Positions 59,401-64,000 of a DNA stretch of 64,000 nucleotides are shown piece after piece. The translations under genes and the position numbers were made by a program. Each line of letters starts with the position of its first letter. The stretch's first letter is position 1. The notes under the pieces are model-generated. The model ran no database searches. It was not told where the DNA came from and saw only the letters and a program-made list of their open reading frames with translations. Source of the DNA: Phoronis australis (taxonomy: Eukaryota > Animalia > Phoronida); assembly GCA_002633005.1 (NCBI GenBank), contig NMRA01000027.1, positions 161,265-225,264 of the forward strand, written 5' to 3'.

Positions 59401-61187
59401 GCTTCACATGACCATGTAAACTTTGTAATATCCCGTCCAGTATTTTTGGCCCTTTCACTTCCACCGAAAAAGGAACTCAGGCGCTGAAAGAGGGTAGCAA
59501 AAATGCAATATTGACAATTTTCGCCCAACCAATGCTAGACATAAGTCAAGAGAAATTTTCCTGCAGGTTCCAAAGTATGGCCCAAAAGTGCTGCCATCTA
59601 ACTAGATTTTTTGCCATTTTTTGCATGCTTGTAGGCTGATCATTTAAATGGTTGTCATTTTGCTAATGAACACTATAGTAAGATTCAGGGGGTATTTGTG
59701 AAACTCTAGTAGTTCACTCTCGTTCTTGCGTGACCTCACCAAATTCGCGAGTATCGCGCGTTTTCGGAGACGCAAAGAAAATGTGCAAAAAGGGCACCAG
59801 GCAGCTGGGACGACTCTATGCGCTTACATGAAAATATTTAAGGGAAATGTTTCACACTCATGTGTCTACTATGGGTTCCTAGTAGGCCTATGGGCGATTA
59901 GGGGTGAAACTGCTCTTTCAAATTCGATTCGATTTCGGTTTTTATCGAGTCAGTAACGGTAACGGTTGCGGTTTTTGGTTCGTTTTTCCTGTAGTTGCAG
60001 CCTTTGCTAATTCTGGTCAATAGTTCTGGGTACTTTTAACTCAGTTTCCATTGTTGAATTTGATATTCTAGACTTTTATGTTCTAGTTTTAGTTGTACCT
60101 CTATTAATCGTGTATATATCTTCATAGTCAACCATTGTTTATTGCCCGGGTTACGCTTCCTCGGATGGGCCATGTCAGTATTCCCGTACTGCCACTATGG
60201 CGTTTTTTCCATGCCCATCTTGCAGAGTCTTATTTAGTTCTTCTACTTACGTCATAATAAATGACATTATTCTCAATCCTCATCTTGTTTTACTCTGCAA
60301 CAGAACTCGTGGCGTAGGCTACCCCGGAAAAATAGATTACGATGAATTAAATTTAACGTGTTAAATGCATTTACCGTTCTTATTTTGACATTTGTCGCTT
60401 TATTTTTTATTTTGTATTACTCATCCCTATTTATAACCTCAAAGGTCTACTTTTGTATTCATACATTGTTCTACTCGACACCTGATTGGTCACTCATATT
60501 TCCTTTGATCAGTTCAACGTGGTCTAGCTCATTTAGCCACCTGCCTCGTCCTCTACAATGAGAGCTAAGTTTGTACTCCATCCCGGGTGTCTTTTAATTT
60601 TTTTTCTTTTTCTTCTTTCTCATTATACACTGTTGGGCCTTTTGCAAGTTTTTTTTGTTTATAATCTAAATTTTCTTTAGGCCCTTCACTGCAACATAGC
60701 TCGCGGCGCCCCGGACAAACAGATTACGATTAAAATATTTAAGTGAAATGTTACATACGTATGTGTCTGCTATGTGTTCCTAGTAAGCCTAGGGGCGATT
60801 AGGGGTGAAACAGCTCTTTCAGTTTCGATTCAATTTCGGAATTTTGAGTAACGTTAACGGTTGCGGTTTTTGGCTCATTTTTCATCAGAAAAGCCAGACA
60901 AATACTAATCTTATCCTCAGTATTACTTGTCACCAAACGAGAAAATTGAATCACAGGTTAACATTTGTCGATTTAGCTCCCACCGTTACTGTAGAAATAC
61001 AGTTTTATGTGACATCGCACCTTGTGGAACTGTGAAAACCCACCCTCTTTAATGAAGTTAAATTAACCGTTAAGATTATTCAAATATTCGAATTTCTATT
61101 GTAAATGGTTGTTTATTTCTGAATGTGGTTATTGACCGAAAAAGGGGTTTCGATTCCGTTAACCGGAAAAACGCAATTTGCGGTTAA

Positions 61188-62839
61188 AGGAGAATGCCAC
61201 CCGAAACAACCTATTTTGTATCAATTTAGATCGAGTAGTTCTACACGATAACGGCACGTTCGGTTGCGTTACCTGACATCTGACGGCAGACGGAGATGTT
61301 GAAAGTATCCAATGACGTCATTGGTTTCACACGCAGTCTGTTCAGCAGTTCACAACACGGGTTACTGGTGTCAGCTTATCGCTTGAATTCATCGTTTAAC
61401 ACCAATAGATCATCAAACTTCGATGTAAAGCCCTTAAAAATACAGCGAGTTCTTATAAAAACGTGTTGTTTTATTTCGCTGTTACGGATTTATAGGTATT
61501 TGGACACACCGTAGCATACAAAGTTCGGCAGGCCAATTTACCAAGGTCCGTAGCAGGAGTTTGGGGTCTGTTCTGAAATAACTGAATTCGAAGTATTCTT
61601 CCGTGAAATACAGACAGGAGAACCTAGATCTGTGTTGTTTAGACTTGTGATTTTTTTAGTTCTAAACACACAAAACGCTTTTTATCCCGGCCAGTGGCTC
61701 GGAACAGAACCCGATCAGGCCCGTCGCGGCCGCCGGGACTGACACGAACATAAACCAGCTTGAGTTGGAAACTGAACCTCCAGTCACGAAAAGATTATAA
61801 CAGTGAGCCAAAGAAATAATGTGCACGTAATTATTTAGGTGAACTAGCTACGAAACTGAAAATCTACTTACTTGTCGGGGGCCGCGAATTCGGGTTCCCC
61901 TTCCACAGACCATCAGGGCAAAGGTTGTACAGTAATGTATTTGTATTTCTAAATAAAGATTCCCCTAACATGTGACCATAGCATATAAAATCGAGTAATT
62001 GTTTCACAATAGCTTTCTGTCAGCAAACACTGAATTAGCATGCGCGCTCACACGGCCCCGGTGCCCAGTCAATTACCTTTATTGCCGGCATCAAAAGCCG
62101 GTAACGCAGTGGTTTATTCATTGCTGGCTTCTCAACATTTGCACTCACGAATACTGCAAAGGTATTACAAATTGTATCTTATGAGACAGACTTTGTTTCA
62201 GTTTTATATAAGCATTGGTTAGGATGAGAATAATTCATTTTGAAACACAACGCAGAATAATAAACGTTTACATGGCAACTCGCCCGGCGCCAATCCCGGC
62301 TTAGTCAAGAGCTCTTCCGACGAAGACTTCACGGGTTGGATCGTTAGGTTTCACAGGCTATCAATTCGAACCGGGATACACTGATCAAGAAATATTAGAG
62401 AGGCTCCGTGAACATGCAACGGAACGTATGGATAGTTCTTTGGTAATGCCGGAATTCGTCAGAGAAATCACTGTCAACGAAATGCCGGCCACAGACACGG
62501 AGATGTTTCACGGCCTAATACTTGCTATTGACAGCGTACCTTTCATTCTTCACTACCGCGAACCACTTGCTAAGCATTTCGGGCTCTTGAGGAAATCGAA
62601 AAAAGGATATACCCGCTTTCTTCGCAACTTCATAGTTCGGACAAGCGGGAACGATGCATTGCAATATAGCGGCATTCACTCTGCAGACGAACCACTGACG
62701 TTTCTGCGTCGTTTTTCACCTTCCTCACAGGTTAACGCGACACCTCTCGGCAAGGTGAGGTCGACCGTATAAGAGGCGATGTGGATGTAGACCGATTAAG
62801 ATGGTAAAAAAGACTAATTAAATCGGGTGGCATTCTCCT
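61188..62839 (-). mobile_element. Non-autonomous Kolobok copy 3
   Basis: TIR aggagaatgccacccga, TTAA at 61184-87 and 62840-43. THAP remnant CIVPACPN..FFRFP..W..LRVCGRHF with an internal stop. Confidence 0.9.
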
Positions 62840-64000
62840 TTAATCACGCTTGGCCGTTTCGGCACTACATGTTGTAACTTTTGACACGGCTCAACTGGCG
62901 CAGCTCAAGATGATCGGTGTCAAGTGGCCGTTTACGCCCACACATTTCAGAAACGGTGGAATGCTCATGCGCAAAGATGAAAATTGCGGGAGTCAGAGTT
63001 GATTATTATTGTTGTTGTTCTTATTGTTGTTATGGTGCTCCTAATTTCTACGGTGGACTCAAGCTGATATTGTAAAAGAACATTTCGAAAAAGATCACTT
63101 TTCTACGTGGAGAAAACCTTTCCGCTGCGGAGAAAACTGGGGACCACGCAAATCTTCGTGAGATGTCGCCACGCATTCCGAGCGATTTACGTGACTCTTT
63201 CTTTTCTTGTGATCGTCTTGGGTCTACCAGAAACCATCCCTGGTTAATGTTCGTAGACCAATATTCTTGCGAGAAAGCAAGATACTGCAAAATCACGCCA
63301 GTGAAAGGCAAATGTTTCGTGAGGCCTATCGGATAGCTTGCGGCAACGGTGTTCAGTCATTGGTCGAAGTTGGAATGTGGAATTTTGAGATGAAATTGAT
63401 GAATTACGGGATAAAACTCACCGTTTCCGTTATAGAAATGATTTTTCCGCACTTGAAAGTTAATGTGTCTACAGAACACAGGCCTGGTTGCGCCATTTTT
63501 AACTTATGAGCCTACTCGGTGCAAATTAGACCTTCATCACCATCTAGACACTACATAAAATAGGTTTTAACGAGGGCTGTTTGTTGTCATTTTCAAGTAG
63601 GAATATTTAATGAAAGATTTCTGTAATTTAGACTTCGAATATTTGCGAAGGTCACTGCGGGCAGAGAGGTACAATTCCTAGCTGTGGAGGTAGAATATTC
63701 TTAATTTCTTAGTTTGAAAAACTTCGGTTGGCTGAACTGTCAAGGACACCCAGCTTGTATAGGTACTAACTATTTGCAGTCTGGGCTGTGTTCTGTGAAC
63801 TCAAGAAACTCGATAAAATGAAAGAGTAGCGCTACTAACCCTCCCGAGATATTGTCATTCGTATTAGAAGCGTCGGCAATTGACCACACTAGCTAAAGTT
63901 TTGCTTGTACGGAATGGCCTACCTAGTTGTGCTGAAAGGGACGGATCCTGAAACCTGCACCGACTTTGGTTTAATAGAGGTTGCCTGATCCCAGCAGAAA

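Noticed and set aside
62266-62279. RFX X-box-like GTTTACATGGCAAC
   Set aside because: It overlaps the ATG of the Kolobok second-gene stub, is degenerate in the two copies nearer RSPH14, and is far from the gene start.

Overview
Animal (probably invertebrate) genomic DNA from a repeat-rich, satellite-flanked region. A 199-bp satellite fills 1-18423 and 47206-51590. Between the two arrays lies a 28.8-kb island with: a 3'-truncated Mag-like Ty3/Gypsy element, a 540-bp miniature LTR element (TRIM) whose LTRs carry tRNA-like Pol III A/B boxes, an intact RSPH14 (radial spoke head 14/RTDR1) gene with 9 coding exons (340 aa), several minisatellites, nested DNA transposons (Tc2/pogo-like with a HIRAN remnant, Kolobok, P-like, MITEs), telomere-like repeats around an N gap, and a frameshifted duplicate of the RSPH14 last exon. 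Right of the second array are a decayed AcademX-like transposon containing a solo LTR with heat-shock elements, and a third Kolobok copy. The dozens of 62-aa ORFs are satellite artefacts. All alignments, counts and family assignments were made by eye, without database searches.
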